Source: Candidatus Saccharimonadota bacterium (lineage in GTDB: Bacteria > Patescibacteriota > Saccharimonadia > Saccharimonadales > JACOTW01). From it: a stretch of 64,000 nucleotides of DNA. The stretch spans positions 1,064 through 65,063 of the forward strand of contig JACOTW010000012.1 in assembly GCA_016178135.1 (NCBI GenBank), read 5' to 3'. The translations under genes and the position numbers were made by a program. Below, piece after piece: positions 18,564-27,836 of the stretch (the stretch's first letter is position 1; each line of letters starts with the position of its first letter). Under the pieces are notes generated by a model, which was not told where the DNA came from, did not search any database, and was given only the letters and a program-made list of their open reading frames with translations.

Positions 18564-20279
18564 CTACTCTAGCACTTCAGCGCCACCGAAGATATTGCTT
18601 ATGGTTCCCAGTGCTGTTGACGGCGCTTTGATCACTGGTTTATCAATGGCGGACTGTACATCCATGTTCTTAACAACAATACAATTTATGGAAATTTTTT
18701 TACCAGTTTGTTCATACAAAATGGATTCGATTGTCGCTTTATTTTTGGATTCGTTAAGTTGTTTTTGATGAAATGGAAAGCCGAAGCTAAGGGTCAATAC
18801 GTCATCATTTAATTCTGCGGAAGCCATACGCGCAAGGCTATATAGTGTGTTGTGTTTGTTTTTTATAGCTACTAACGCGGCCGGCCATATATTAGATTCA
18901 TGCAAAGTCTTCTCGTTCCCAGACTGGCCAACCTCGGCTGATTCGATATTTTTGTCAGATAAGATTTTTTGCGGTTCTTGTTTTTGGATGGTAGTAGTCT
19001 GCTGGGAGGTGGTTTTTTTGGTGTGGTTCTTTGGAGTTTTCTTGTGCGATACGGGTAACGTGGCTGGTGGTGCTAAGCTCGATTTATGCGAAATCTCCGC
19101 ATCCCCAGACCAACTAATCTCAAGCGGTAGCGGTCTGCCTTCTTTCGATGTAACTAAGGCGGCTACCTCTCCTTCAGTCAAACCACTATCTGCTCGAGCT
19201 GATTTAGCCTGGGAACGGGCGATTTTGCGTAAGTCCAGTGAATGATCTTCTGATTCACTTTTGGCTAGCCCAGTAGAATGCGAGGTTTTGCGTAGGTCTA
19301 GGGACTGCTTTGTTTTGGTATTCTCCAGGGCTGCTCCGATAAGCGTGATTTCCAGCGCCGAGGCTGGATCGTGAGCAGTTGGTACGGTCAGTAACTTTTC
19401 CAAGATTGAGGTAAATGCAGATGGCTCAAAAGACCATTCGCCATCCAGTAGATCATGGCGTAATTGTGCACTTAGTTGTTTGGCTATTTGACCAGGGTGA
19501 AAGCCTTGCTCGGATAGTTCGTCAAGCAGTTTAACTACTTCTTTTGCTGCACCTTCACTAACGACCTTTTTAAGTTGTGTTATAACTGCATTGGGAGCAA
19601 TTCCCAAAACTTCAATAACGTTATTCTCGCTAATATTTTTACCACTACTTGCTATTTGGTCGAGTAGGCTTATGCTATCACGGAATGATCCATCCCCGTG
19701 TTTAGCTATAAGCTCAAGAGCACCGTCGTCTATGTCAATATTTTCTGATTTGGCAATTGTGCGCAGATGTTGCGCGACTTTATGGGTTTCTATCGGTTTA
19801 AAAGTAAAACGCTGAGTTCTGCTGATTATGGTTTCCGGCAATTTGTGGGCTTCTGTGGTTGCCAAAATAAAAATAGCGTGCGCTGGTGGCTCCTCAAGCG
19901 TTTTTAAGAGAGCGTTGAAAGCTTCTCGGGTCAGCATATGTACTTCATCAATAATGTAAACTTTGTATTTCGTGCTGGTCGGGGTATTGTGTACTCGTTC
20001 ACGAATTTCTCTAATTTCATCAATTCTTCGGTTGCTCGCGGCATCAATCTCAATAATATCGAGATGCGATCTATCATCATCGTAAGGCAAATTATTAACT
20101 TCATGCGCTAAAATTCTGGCAATACTGGTTTTACCAGTGCCACGTGGTCCAGTAAATAAATAGGCGTGACTTATAGAGTTATTTTTTATGGCATTCTTGA
20201 GGGTCGTGGTGATGTGTTCCTGTCCCACTATTTCAGATAATTTCTTAGGTCGGTATTTCCGATACAATGCTTTCCCCAT
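18564..20279 (-). CDS. dnaX: DNA polymerase III gamma/tau subunit with in-frame family-A element
   Basis: YRPKKLSEIVGQEH, GPRGTGKTS, IIDEVHMLT, LLKTLEEPP. Confidence 0.9.
   Translation of the reverse strand: MGKALYRKYRPKKLSEIVGQEHITTTLKNAIKNNSISHAYLFTGPRGTGKTSIARILAHEVNNLPYDDDRSHLDIIEIDAASNRRIDEIREIRERVHNTPTSTKYKVYIIDEVHMLTREAFNALLKTLEEPPAHAIFILATTEAHKLPETIISRTQRFTFKPIETHKVAQHLRTIAKSENIDIDDGALELIAKHGDGSFRDSISLLDQIASSGKNISENNVIEVLGIAPNAVITQLKKVVSEGAAKEVVKLLDELSEQGFHPGQIAKQLSAQLRHDLLDGEWSFEPSAFTSILEKLLTVPTAHDPASALEITLIGAALENTKTKQSLDLRKTSHSTGLAKSESEDHSLDLRKIARSQAKSARADSGLTEGEVAALVTSKEGRPLPLEISWSGDAEISHKSSLAPPATLPVSHKKTPKNHTKKTTSQQTTTIQKQEPQKILSDKNIESAEVGQSGNEKTLHESNIWPAALVAIKNKHNTLYSLARMASAELNDDVLTLSFGFPFHQKQLNESKNKATIESILYEQTGKKISINCIVVKNMDVQSAIDKPVIKAPSTALGTISNIFGGAEVLE
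19078..19238 (+). mobile_element. Family-A element, copy A5, intragenic in dnaX (left terminus degenerate)
   Basis: CTCGATTTATGCGAAATCTCCGCATCCCCAGACC ... GATTTTGCGTAAGTCCAG. Confidence 0.8.
19286..19301 (+). repeat. Orphan family-A right terminus inside dnaX
   Basis: TTTTGCGTAGGTCTAG, 47 nt from A5. Translated as a second LDLRK. Confidence 0.6.
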
Positions 20280-20432
20280 TACATAGCATTATACGCTTTT
20301 AGTGCTAGGCGAGGTGTTGTTTTATTGCTTACGCCGAGTTGGCTGTTTGCCAATAGGCTCGTGTAGCCTTTAGGCCCTGGAATATGCCAGAAATAGCAAT
20401 TACACTACCGGCGATTTTTATGGTTTTACCGG

Positions 20433-20927
20433 CTATCGGATACTTTTTTCAATATTGAGGCCGATGACATTTAGACCCAATCCAAGTTGTTGTTTCAAGA
20501 TGCCTCTCTTGCCATTGATGTCAGGATGTACTTTGGGCGTTTTGTTGCTAACTCTGTCGTAGGCAGTGATTATCGCATTAGCCGTATTTTGCATCCCTAT
20601 ACCTACCATTATTGGTTTGGGGGCAAGTCCGCCGCCCCAAATCTTTAGTAAATAGTACCCAAGCTTAATTTTATCGCCAACAGCATCAATCACCTCACCT
20701 TTATCACTAGTAGTTCCGGTTTTTCTAGCTATTGTTCCGTCCACGCCATCAATACCAAATGCAACTGCCGCTTGAGCAATACCTATGGGATCGTCTAATT
20801 TCTCCGCCGCGCCCAAAGCTAAAACAAAGGCACCTAGGTCGAGTATATTGGCCGGTGTTAGCCAGTGGTTAGTTGCTTCCGCGACTCGTTGAAAAACATT
20901 TTGTTGATCAGTATCTGATGCTGACAT
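20433..20927 (-). CDS. CDP-alcohol phosphatidyltransferase family protein
   Basis: DGTIARKTGTTSDKGEVIDAVGD fits DG(x2)AR(x8)G(x3)D(x3)D exactly. Confidence 0.65.
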   Translation of the reverse strand: MSASDTDQQNVFQRVAEATNHWLTPANILDLGAFVLALGAAEKLDDPIGIAQAAVAFGIDGVDGTIARKTGTTSDKGEVIDAVGDKIKLGYYLLKIWGGGLAPKPIMVGIGMQNTANAIITAYDRVSNKTPKVHPDINGKRGILKQQLGLGLNVIGLNIEKSIR

Positions 20928-20976
20928 TGCTAAAGAATATAATCCATCGAATTTTCATGTTTCGGGGGCTTAATAT

Positions 20977-21486
20977 TTAGAGGGCGGCTTCTAGGGCGGC
21001 CCACTCGGCTTGAGAATCGTCTTCTGGAACATTGACGCTAACTTGATCGCCAGGCTTGGCTTTGAAATAAGTTACACTTGCCAAAAGAATTCGGAATAAT
21101 TTACCACCAACATCAACGTAGTAGTGGCCATTGTCGAGCTTTAAAAGCCCTACGACTTGCTTGCGGGCTATGGGACCGATTTGTTTATACAGAAACGAGC
21201 CATCCTCGGCTACGGTTAATTTTAGGATGTCGCCTTGGACAAGTTTGGATTTGCTGGCGTAATTGGCTGGTACGGGGTAGGTTTTGCCATCAGAACCAAC
21301 CATAGTTTGACCATCAAAAACACCTTCAATAACCTTACCGAGCGGTTCATCTTTTATAGATGCCGTTACTGTCTCATCATCACCAATCAAGCTCAATAGT
21401 AGTTCTTTTGCGGCGGCAAGACTTGTCTCGGCTTCTTGAATAAGTGCCCGCAATCTTTTAGTTTGTTTGTCTGATACGTCTAACAT
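20977..21486 (-). CDS. Hypothetical protein
   Basis: 169-aa ORF. No motif recognised. Confidence 0.5.
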   Translation of the reverse strand: MLDVSDKQTKRLRALIQEAETSLAAAKELLLSLIGDDETVTASIKDEPLGKVIEGVFDGQTMVGSDGKTYPVPANYASKSKLVQGDILKLTVAEDGSFLYKQIGPIARKQVVGLLKLDNGHYYVDVGGKLFRILLASVTYFKAKPGDQVSVNVPEDDSQAEWAALEAAL

Positions 21487-21650
21487 TATTTCTGTCTCTC
21501 TATAAGTATTTGTATAGCTACACCTATGACCTACCGTAACACGAAGATAGTGTCAAGTCAAAGATGCCACAAAAAACTGTGGATAAATGACGAGTATGTA
21601 GCCAAGACAACCACCTCAACAGAGCTATGTTTCACTTATCCATATGGATG

Positions 21651-21679
21651 TTGACAATTCAAACCGAAAGTAGTATCAT
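21651..21679 (+). promoter_or_regulatory. Sigma70-type promoter candidate for 21727..22689
   Basis: TTGACA (21651-56), 17-nt spacer, TATCAT (21674-79). GTAAGGAG Shine-Dalgarno sequence upstream of the ATG. Confidence 0.5.
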
Positions 21680-21726
21680 ATATTCAAAATCTCATAAGAT
21701 TAGGAAAGTAAGGAGTTATATCAGCT

Positions 21727-22689
21727 ATGGACGCTAAAAATGCATTTGAGGCTATAGAAGCAATTCGCGCTACTGTTCCTGTAGAAGATCAAGCTGGCCT
21801 AGACGCAGAGTACGCTACTCGTTTTAAAGTAATTGGTGAGGCTGTCGGTACGGTAGCTGTAGCTGAGACTGCTCCGGCTCCAGAAACCCAGCTAGAAAAG
21901 AAACTTCCAGACTTCTTAAATCCGGATATTAAACTTGGCGCTAAGGATCAACTAACCTTGATGCGGGAATTCTGGAACGACCTTGGTTATGTTGTGCCCG
22001 ACCTAAGCTCTGAACAAGAAACTCGACTTGAGGCAACTGTTGATTCAAGTTTGGGTAGCCGTGTAGTTCCTACCCCGTTGCTTGACTTGACTGGCCGAAT
22101 GCATGTAGCAGCGTCTGCTTCTGAATTATTCAAAAAGAATAGTTTCCATCCTGATTGCGAAGCACTACGGGCACCTGGTACAAGCTATACCTACGGCAAA
22201 CTAATGGCTAATCCCGAAAGCACCGTTAAAGTAGGTCGCAAGGAGTACGGCTTACGTTACAAGACGCCAGATGGTGAAATCGTTTCTCGCGCTAGTTACA
22301 TAGAATCTCTAGTGTCTGCCGGCCAAGCTGTCGTGGCGGAAGATGGAACAGTGTGGACATTCCCGGTCATGGATGTTCGTATGCGTGCTCCTAGAACTCG
22401 AAATTATGCCGCTAAACTACTCGAACGCATCAGTGCGGTTAGTACTCCCGAATCTCTCATTACTATGCAGTTACTGCACCAAGCGAACGGTACACCTAAT
22501 TCAGAATGGGAAGTAGATTTTGCCAACGAAGCCGTGTATGAATTAGACAAGAACGGTAAACTAGTTGCTCTGGTGAGCGTCACGAGCGTGGACTGGGATC
22601 CGGACAGTCGGCAGTTGTACTTGGACGACTGGGACGCGGGCAGTCGGAATGACAACTTTGGCGTTCGCGCCGAGGAGAGTGGGCTCTAA
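21727..22689 (+). CDS. Hypothetical protein
   Basis: 320-aa ORF with a good SD. No motif recognised. Confidence 0.55.
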   Translation: MDAKNAFEAIEAIRATVPVEDQAGLDAEYATRFKVIGEAVGTVAVAETAPAPETQLEKKLPDFLNPDIKLGAKDQLTLMREFWNDLGYVVPDLSSEQETRLEATVDSSLGSRVVPTPLLDLTGRMHVAASASELFKKNSFHPDCEALRAPGTSYTYGKLMANPESTVKVGRKEYGLRYKTPDGEIVSRASYIESLVSAGQAVVAEDGTVWTFPVMDVRMRAPRTRNYAAKLLERISAVSTPESLITMQLLHQANGTPNSEWEVDFANEAVYELDKNGKLVALVSVTSVDWDPDSRQLYLDDWDAGSRNDNFGVRAEESGL

Positions 22690-22949
22690 GGCTTTGGCCT
22701 TTTTGTCTTCCTTCTTCTTTTCTTTTGAACTTTGGTACAATCTAATTATCGGTGAATAGTAACCCGCTGTGTGCGGACTACCGTGTCATTGTTTTTAGTC
22801 AAAAAGCCAAGCGCAGCGAGTGTTTTTATAACCCACTGGACGGCTGACCAGGAGCAGGTTTACATTTTCTTTTAATTCAAGAAGTTGATTTTCTGTAGCC
22901 ATAGTCACTCCATATTAATCTAGTTTAATAGTAACGCCATGAGCAAATT

Positions 22950-22978
22950 AAAACCGCTCGGTGGTGCCGAGCGGTTTT
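22950..22978. terminator. Bidirectional rho-independent terminator downstream of rplL
   Basis: AAAACCGCTCGG-TGGTG-CCGAGCGGTTTT, a perfect 12-bp stem with A/T runs on both sides. Confidence 0.75.
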
Positions 22979-22995
22979 AATGATTCTGCCTTGAT

Positions 22996-23376
22996 TTAGG
23001 CGAGTTCTACTGTTGCACCCGCTTCTTCTAGGGTTTTCTTGGCGGCTTCGGCATCTTCTTTTTTGGCTTTATCAAGCACGTTCTTTGGGGCACCATCAAC
23101 TATTGCTTTGGATTCGCCTAGTCCTAGTCCGGTGATGTCCTTGACGGCCTTGATGACGGCGACTTTTTGGGCGCCTGCATCCTTGAGCACTACATCGTAC
23201 TCGGCTTTAACATCCTCTGCTGGAGTAGCATCTGCTACGGCTGGTCCAGCTACGGCTGCCACAGCGGCGGCTGGCTCGATACCAAACTCATCTTTTAGAA
23301 TTGTTTTGAGCTCATTGACTTGTAGGACTGTTAGCCCTACTAATTGTTCTGCGAATTTTTTTAGATCTGTTGCCAT
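22996..23376 (-). CDS. rplL: 50S ribosomal protein L7/L12
   Basis: Ala-rich hinge and [21 protein letters not shown]. Confidence 0.95.
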   Translation of the reverse strand: MATDLKKFAEQLVGLTVLQVNELKTILKDEFGIEPAAAVAAVAGPAVADATPAEDVKAEYDVVLKDAGAQKVAVIKAVKDITGLGLGESKAIVDGAPKNVLDKAKKEDAEAAKKTLEEAGATVELA

Positions 23377-23416
23377 TTTATTATCCTTTCGGGGTTATAT
23401 ATAAATTATTGAATGA

Positions 23417-23941
23417 TTAGATACTAGCTTTTTGCGCTAATGCGTCTAATATGCCGTGCAAATTGCCCTGGAGTCCGTTGATGATTTCATTGGTTGGCGA
23501 TGCCAGCGTAGCTAGAACTTGAGCGATAAGCTCGTTTTTGCCAGGTAGGGTTGCCAGAGCCGTAACCTCATCGGAGGATAAAAACTTACCTTCACTAGAG
23601 ATCGCACCTACAAACTTTAAGGTTGGTTGCGTTTTGGCAAATGATGCCAAGGTTTGAGCTGGTGCTACCTCATCCTGGTCATTAAAGGCGTATATAAGCA
23701 TTCCGTTCAAGGCGTCAGTCGCAACATTTTTTAGATGTTCGGTGCTTTTGATTGCCTGAATAACCAAGCGATTTTTGACGACCTTGAGTGTTGTGCTGTT
23801 ATCGCGACCTGAACGACGTAGTTCTTGCATTGCCTTAACTGGCGTACCTTGGTAGGTAGCAATTACTGTCATCTTAGAATTAACCAGTAAACCAGCAATA
23901 TCTTCAACAACTTGATTTTTTTTATCTTTTGTTAGAGCCAT
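23417..23941 (-). CDS. rplJ: 50S ribosomal protein L10
   Basis: Position upstream of rplL. 174 aa. LRRSGRDNSTTLKVVKNRL. Confidence 0.9.
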   Translation of the reverse strand: MALTKDKKNQVVEDIAGLLVNSKMTVIATYQGTPVKAMQELRRSGRDNSTTLKVVKNRLVIQAIKSTEHLKNVATDALNGMLIYAFNDQDEVAPAQTLASFAKTQPTLKFVGAISSEGKFLSSDEVTALATLPGKNELIAQVLATLASPTNEIINGLQGNLHGILDALAQKASI

Positions 23942-24128
23942 TAGATCTCCTTTGGAGTAATTTCTAATTGATAGTTATTGTTGACATGATTCGCTTCGAC
24001 CATCACGAACCTTCAGTACCAAAAAGCCTCTGCATTACCAGAGGCTAAAACATGCTCACAAACAAAAATGTCGGCTTGCACCTCGGCGACAAATCAAGCC
24101 ACTAATGGCAGTCGCTGTCTTTGGTAAC
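23942..24128 (-). promoter_or_regulatory. Long 5' UTR of rplJ, candidate L10-leader autoregulatory RNA
   Basis: About 186 nt between the predicted promoter and the rplJ ATG. Contains hairpin GCCTCTGGTAATGCAGAGGC. The assignment rests on analogy only. Confidence 0.3.
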
Positions 24129-24134
24129 ACGGTA

Positions 24135-24163
24135 ATTCTATCTGTTAAAAAGCTTTTTGTCAA
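24135..24163 (-). promoter_or_regulatory. Sigma70-type promoter candidate for rplJ-rplL
   Basis: On the minus strand: TTGACA (24163-58), 17-nt spacer, TAGAAT (24140-35). Confidence 0.55.
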
Positions 24164-24255
24164 TCAAAAAAACCATCGTGGCGGGAAAGTGGGCTAAAAA
24201 AATTGCAAATTGTGCATTTATATATTATATTTGTCAATTGGAATTGAGGTAGAAT

Positions 24256-24564
24256 ATGCATTTTTCAGAAGCAAATTTTTCACGAGTAAATATGGACGGG
24301 GAGACTCTAGGTGGATTGGTGGAGAGTGTTTTGAGCGCCGCCACTAGTACCGATAGTCCTAATATTGAAATAAATCCAGAAGACGTGCGTGTTTTGACTG
24401 GTATGCTGATCGGGAGTCCTCCTATTGACGGAAATGAAGAAATCAGGCGTTTTGATGTCGTGCAGGCTGGTTATCGTCAGAACAATAATATACCCGTCGA
24501 TGGGCATGTGAAAAGGCTTTACGACATCTGGCGTTCTCTAAAAAGAAATATCAATGAAACTTAA
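24256..24564 (+). CDS. Hypothetical protein
   Basis: 102-aa ORF. No SD or motif recognised. Confidence 0.35.
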   Translation: MHFSEANFSRVNMDGETLGGLVESVLSAATSTDSPNIEINPEDVRVLTGMLIGSPPIDGNEEIRRFDVVQAGYRQNNNIPVDGHVKRLYDIWRSLKRNINET

Positions 24565-26900
24565 CTGACTTTGGATAGTTTGAATTGAGTGTAGCGCTCG
24601 GCGGCTAGACGAGCCAACTCTGGATCTTCAGAGGTGTTTACAAATTTCATGGCTTCGGCGAGTAATGGGTGAACCTCGGCGAGTTTTTCGTGCATTTCAA
24701 GTATCAATTTTCTATAACCGGAATGTCCCTGGGGACTGGTACGGAGCTCGTGCAAGTGAAATGCTTCTCTGGCGTTGTATGTAACCTTCCAGCGCATTTT
24801 GTGGCCGAGTAGCGTGGCATATTGAGCTTCCAGCGCAAAACCGGTGGCTTGAAGTTGACTGTAAAGTTTTAGGCTAAGCTCAAAACATGCCTCGAACTGT
24901 TCTGCTAATCCGGCATCTTCTATGATGCGAGGAGTTTCATACCCATAACGTGGTGTGAGAAATTGCCACTGTAGGTCATCTACCATACGATGTCGTTGCA
25001 AATCACGAAAAATACCATAATCACAGATTAAATCCCAGCTATAATGTGCTTTTTCCAGGGCTCTACCTGGCCTATGACGTCGGTTAAGCCGTTCGCCCAC
25101 ATAAGCTTCAAAAGCTTCTTCTTTGCGTTTTATGGACCATTTTTCCACTTCATTTTTAATGTCTTTTAAAGATAGATTACTGTGCTCGTAGAGCATGTCT
25201 GGAATAAGGTTAAGCTCATTTTTGGGCCAGAAGCTGGTTAGTTGAACGGCTTCGTTTTCGCCGGCATGATTATCCGGTAGATATTTTTTAGTAACTTCTC
25301 TGACTTTGGCGTAGGTATTGGCTCGATAGGCTATCAAGGCGCCACCCCTATCAGGCTTATCGGCACGCTCCAAAAAAGTCGGTATAACCTTACGACCATG
25401 ATCGAGGAGTTTCTGGCCCGTTACTTGAGCTTCAGGAAGCTCATCACTTAAAAGGTGCATTATAAGACTTTCCAAGGCTTGACCGGAAGCATAGATGCCT
25501 ACCGTGGACTTTGTGGCTACGGGTAAAACAGGGCGAACGGCATCACAGGCTTGAGCTCTAATTGCGCTTTTCCAGGCCCCATCGCGTTCTTGTTCTGGTA
25601 CTGAAGAGTGTTCCTGAAGATGGGCAGTCAATTTGCCTGCCATTTCGGAATAAAGGTCAAATATTTGATCCATAGTGGCGTTGTACGAGGCAGTTGTTTT
25701 TTGATCCAGGTTTTGAGGCGTGTAGTATTTGTATTGCCCATGTTCGTCTTTTTGATCAAAATATATGTATCGTGTTGATTGTTCTAGGTAAGATGCCAGC
25801 CTACCCCACTCTAATTTTTTGGTCAGTAAATTAGATGCACCTTCAATCACAACGTGCTGACCGACCAGTTGCTGGACAGAATCATCGCCAAAGGCGGTTA
25901 TGACGCGCTGGAGCAATTTTTCGTCTTTACCCAGAGCACCTGCGAATTCATCCAAAATAGTAATTCGCATATCATCGCCACGTCGACTTAGTCGAGCCAT
26001 CGCCGCGGCTATCGTAATGGGGCTTAATGTGTCGTTGAAAGCGTATACATTATCAGAAGTGCTAGTAACCGCGTCAGCCAAGAATGCTTCGCCGGCGGTG
26101 GTAATTTTGTAGCCGGTATTTGTCTTTTCAACGTACGGATTATCGATTTTTAGGGATAGATTAGTGGTTTTTAGTGCTGCGTCTGCGGTTTGCTTTTTTG
26201 GTTTTGGAGGCAACAAGGGTTCTATAGTTTTCCAAAGCATGTCCTGTACGGTGGCAATGCTCATTAGCTTTTCGCTGCGTACACAGTCAATACGCAGAAA
26301 ATCTTTAGGGAATAATTGGCATAAATCATCATAAACTTCGACGGCTAATTCTAGATGATTGAGGTCTGCTTCGTGAATATCTCGTTTGTTGGTCGTATAG
26401 CTACGTTCTGCTTTTTTGTCGACTAACTGCTGGGCGATTTTTGCTGGCACGCGCAGGACTATCGATTTATCAGGTCTGGGTATGCCAAGCATTTCAAACT
26501 CAAGATTATCCAGCCAGATAAAATATCCGCGTCGCTCTTCAGCATGCCGAAATTTCGTTCCCTGATGTGCCATATTGGAACCAGTAAATCGGTTAACTAG
26601 AACAACCTTACCTTCAGTCAGTGCCTGCTTGATAGCTGGAGCCGCCTGATAGCGATCCATCGCGTAAAAAAGCGATCCGGTATAAGGTCCCACTTCTTCG
26701 GCGCTACCATACTTGCCGTTCAGGTATTCCTTTACAAAAAAACTCGACGGTTGTTCGTATTGGGGAAAATCAAAAGTAGCAACGTCGTAGCCCTCTTTTT
26801 GCAAATGATCGGCCAATAGCTGAAACTGGGTACCCTTACCGGATCCGTCAGTTCCTTCAATAACCAGCATTAGGCCGTTACGAGAAGACTCGGTTTTCAT
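24561..26900 (-). CDS. Fusion protein: dTMP kinase (N-terminal about 210 aa) plus a large ThyX-like (flavin-dependent thymidylate synthase-like) region
   Basis: LVIEGTDGSGKGTQ P-loop at the N-terminus. C-terminal FRDLQRHRMVDD and NAREAFHLHELRTSPQGHSGYR resemble the ThyX RHR and C-terminal helices. Confidence 0.65.
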   Translation of the reverse strand: MKTESSRNGLMLVIEGTDGSGKGTQFQLLADHLQKEGYDVATFDFPQYEQPSSFFVKEYLNGKYGSAEEVGPYTGSLFYAMDRYQAAPAIKQALTEGKVVLVNRFTGSNMAHQGTKFRHAEERRGYFIWLDNLEFEMLGIPRPDKSIVLRVPAKIAQQLVDKKAERSYTTNKRDIHEADLNHLELAVEVYDDLCQLFPKDFLRIDCVRSEKLMSIATVQDMLWKTIEPLLPPKPKKQTADAALKTTNLSLKIDNPYVEKTNTGYKITTAGEAFLADAVTSTSDNVYAFNDTLSPITIAAAMARLSRRGDDMRITILDEFAGALGKDEKLLQRVITAFGDDSVQQLVGQHVVIEGASNLLTKKLEWGRLASYLEQSTRYIYFDQKDEHGQYKYYTPQNLDQKTTASYNATMDQIFDLYSEMAGKLTAHLQEHSSVPEQERDGAWKSAIRAQACDAVRPVLPVATKSTVGIYASGQALESLIMHLLSDELPEAQVTGQKLLDHGRKVIPTFLERADKPDRGGALIAYRANTYAKVREVTKKYLPDNHAGENEAVQLTSFWPKNELNLIPDMLYEHSNLSLKDIKNEVEKWSIKRKEEAFEAYVGERLNRRHRPGRALEKAHYSWDLICDYGIFRDLQRHRMVDDLQWQFLTPRYGYETPRIIEDAGLAEQFEACFELSLKLYSQLQATGFALEAQYATLLGHKMRWKVTYNAREAFHLHELRTSPQGHSGYRKLILEMHEKLAEVHPLLAEAMKFVNTSEDPELARLAAERYTQFKLSKVS

Positions 26901-27610
26901 AGTGCTTTTAAACCTTTTATCGTCCCCGGTAGAGCACGCTTGTCTTTATAGGCTCGCGGCAATAGCATTTCTGGCTGCCAGTTTTTTATAATTTCTTTGA
27001 GATTGGTTCCTGTTTGATACTTGCCACTAAAGCCATTGTGGCGGCCTTCTCCGTAACTGCCATCAACAGGTCCGGTTTCCAGAAAAACAGCTTGTGCTAT
27101 ACGTTCACCGACCGGTAAAAGCACGGTTTCGTGTTCGTTCAAATTATAAATTTCCAACGTTAAGCGATTAATGTAGCCTGGTTCAACCCAGCCGGCATCA
27201 AAACAAACAGCTATACCATTTCTGCCCCAGCTGGATCGGGATTTGACCTCGTAAGCTCCGGGTGGTTTAATCCCAAAAAATTCATGGGTGTGGGCCAAAA
27301 TTCGTTCGCCTGGACGCAGTGGAATTATAGGATGATTCGGAGGTATATTCTCTAATAATTCTACGCCATTATCGGTACACCAATCCTGATGCGGTATAGC
27401 TTGGTGAACTTCACCGAAATACCGATCCACATCATTTTCATCAAATGGATTGTAGACGTAACCCCTCTTGGCTTGCCCTGTGCGGTAATAGTAGTAGCCT
27501 AGCGTGACATCAAGGCTTGCGTGGGAAATATGCTTAGGATTGAATGGCGTGCAAACAATATGACCTTCCTCTATGGCCTGACGAATTTGAATATTGCTGT
27601 AAACTCCCAT
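26897..27610 (-). CDS. dcd: dCTP deaminase / dUTPase-superfamily protein
   Basis: SLDVTLG, SSWGRNGI, DAGWVEPGYINRLTLEIYN. Confidence 0.7.
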   Translation of the reverse strand: MGVYSNIQIRQAIEEGHIVCTPFNPKHISHASLDVTLGYYYYRTGQAKRGYVYNPFDENDVDRYFGEVHQAIPHQDWCTDNGVELLENIPPNHPIIPLRPGERILAHTHEFFGIKPPGAYEVKSRSSWGRNGIAVCFDAGWVEPGYINRLTLEIYNLNEHETVLLPVGERIAQAVFLETGPVDGSYGEGRHNGFSGKYQTGTNLKEIIKNWQPEMLLPRAYKDKRALPGTIKGLKAL

Positions 27611-27676
27611 GTCGTATATTGTACGGAATGTTTTGATATTTGCACAACCTTATGTGGAAATATTACAACTATTCTA

Positions 27677-27836
27677 CTGGACCTGTCGCAAAACTCCCCC
27701 ATCCCCAGACCAATTCATCTCGGCTGGTAGCGGTCTGTCTTCTCTCGATGTAGCTATGGCTACCTCTCCTTCAGTCAAACCACTCCCACCTCGAACTGAT
27801 TTGCCCTGGGAACGGGCGATTTTGCGACAGGTCCAG
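27677..27836 (+). mobile_element. Family-A element, copy A6 (160 bp, CTGTCGC subtype), intergenic
   Basis: CTGGACCTGTCGCAAAAC ... ATTTTGCGACAGGTCCAG. Direct TCTA at 27673-76 and 27837-40. Confidence 0.9.

Noticed and set aside
19078-19238. Could the in-frame inserts in dnaX, the helicase and rluD be inteins?
   Set aside because: They are only 54 aa and lack intein splicing motifs (no N-terminal Cys/Ser block, no C-terminal HN). They are defined by nucleotide-level inverted termini and target duplications shared with intergenic copies.
20280-20432. Possible SRP RNA (ffs) upstream of dnaX, as in the Bacillus-type ffs-dnaX-ybaB-recR cluster. A TATAAT also lies 8 nt before the dnaX ATG.
   Set aside because: No SRP domain-IV motif is found by eye. 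The -10-like hexamer has no convincing -35 partner, so it was not called.
22798-22902. 34-aa minus-strand ORF (MATENQLLELKENVNLLLVSRPVGYKNTRCAWLFD) with a GGAG upstream, in the 300-nt gap after 21727..22689.
   Set aside because: Too short and without any supporting motif or conservation evidence. It could equally be a non-coding 3' UTR.
23039-23404. Long antisense ORFs inside ribosomal and housekeeping genes (for example 23039..23404, 52209..52568, 56346..56699, 17652..17996, 16160..16534, 61841..62179).
   Set aside because: They lie opposite strongly supported conserved genes, have low-complexity Ser/Ala/Leu-rich translations, and lack start-site signals.
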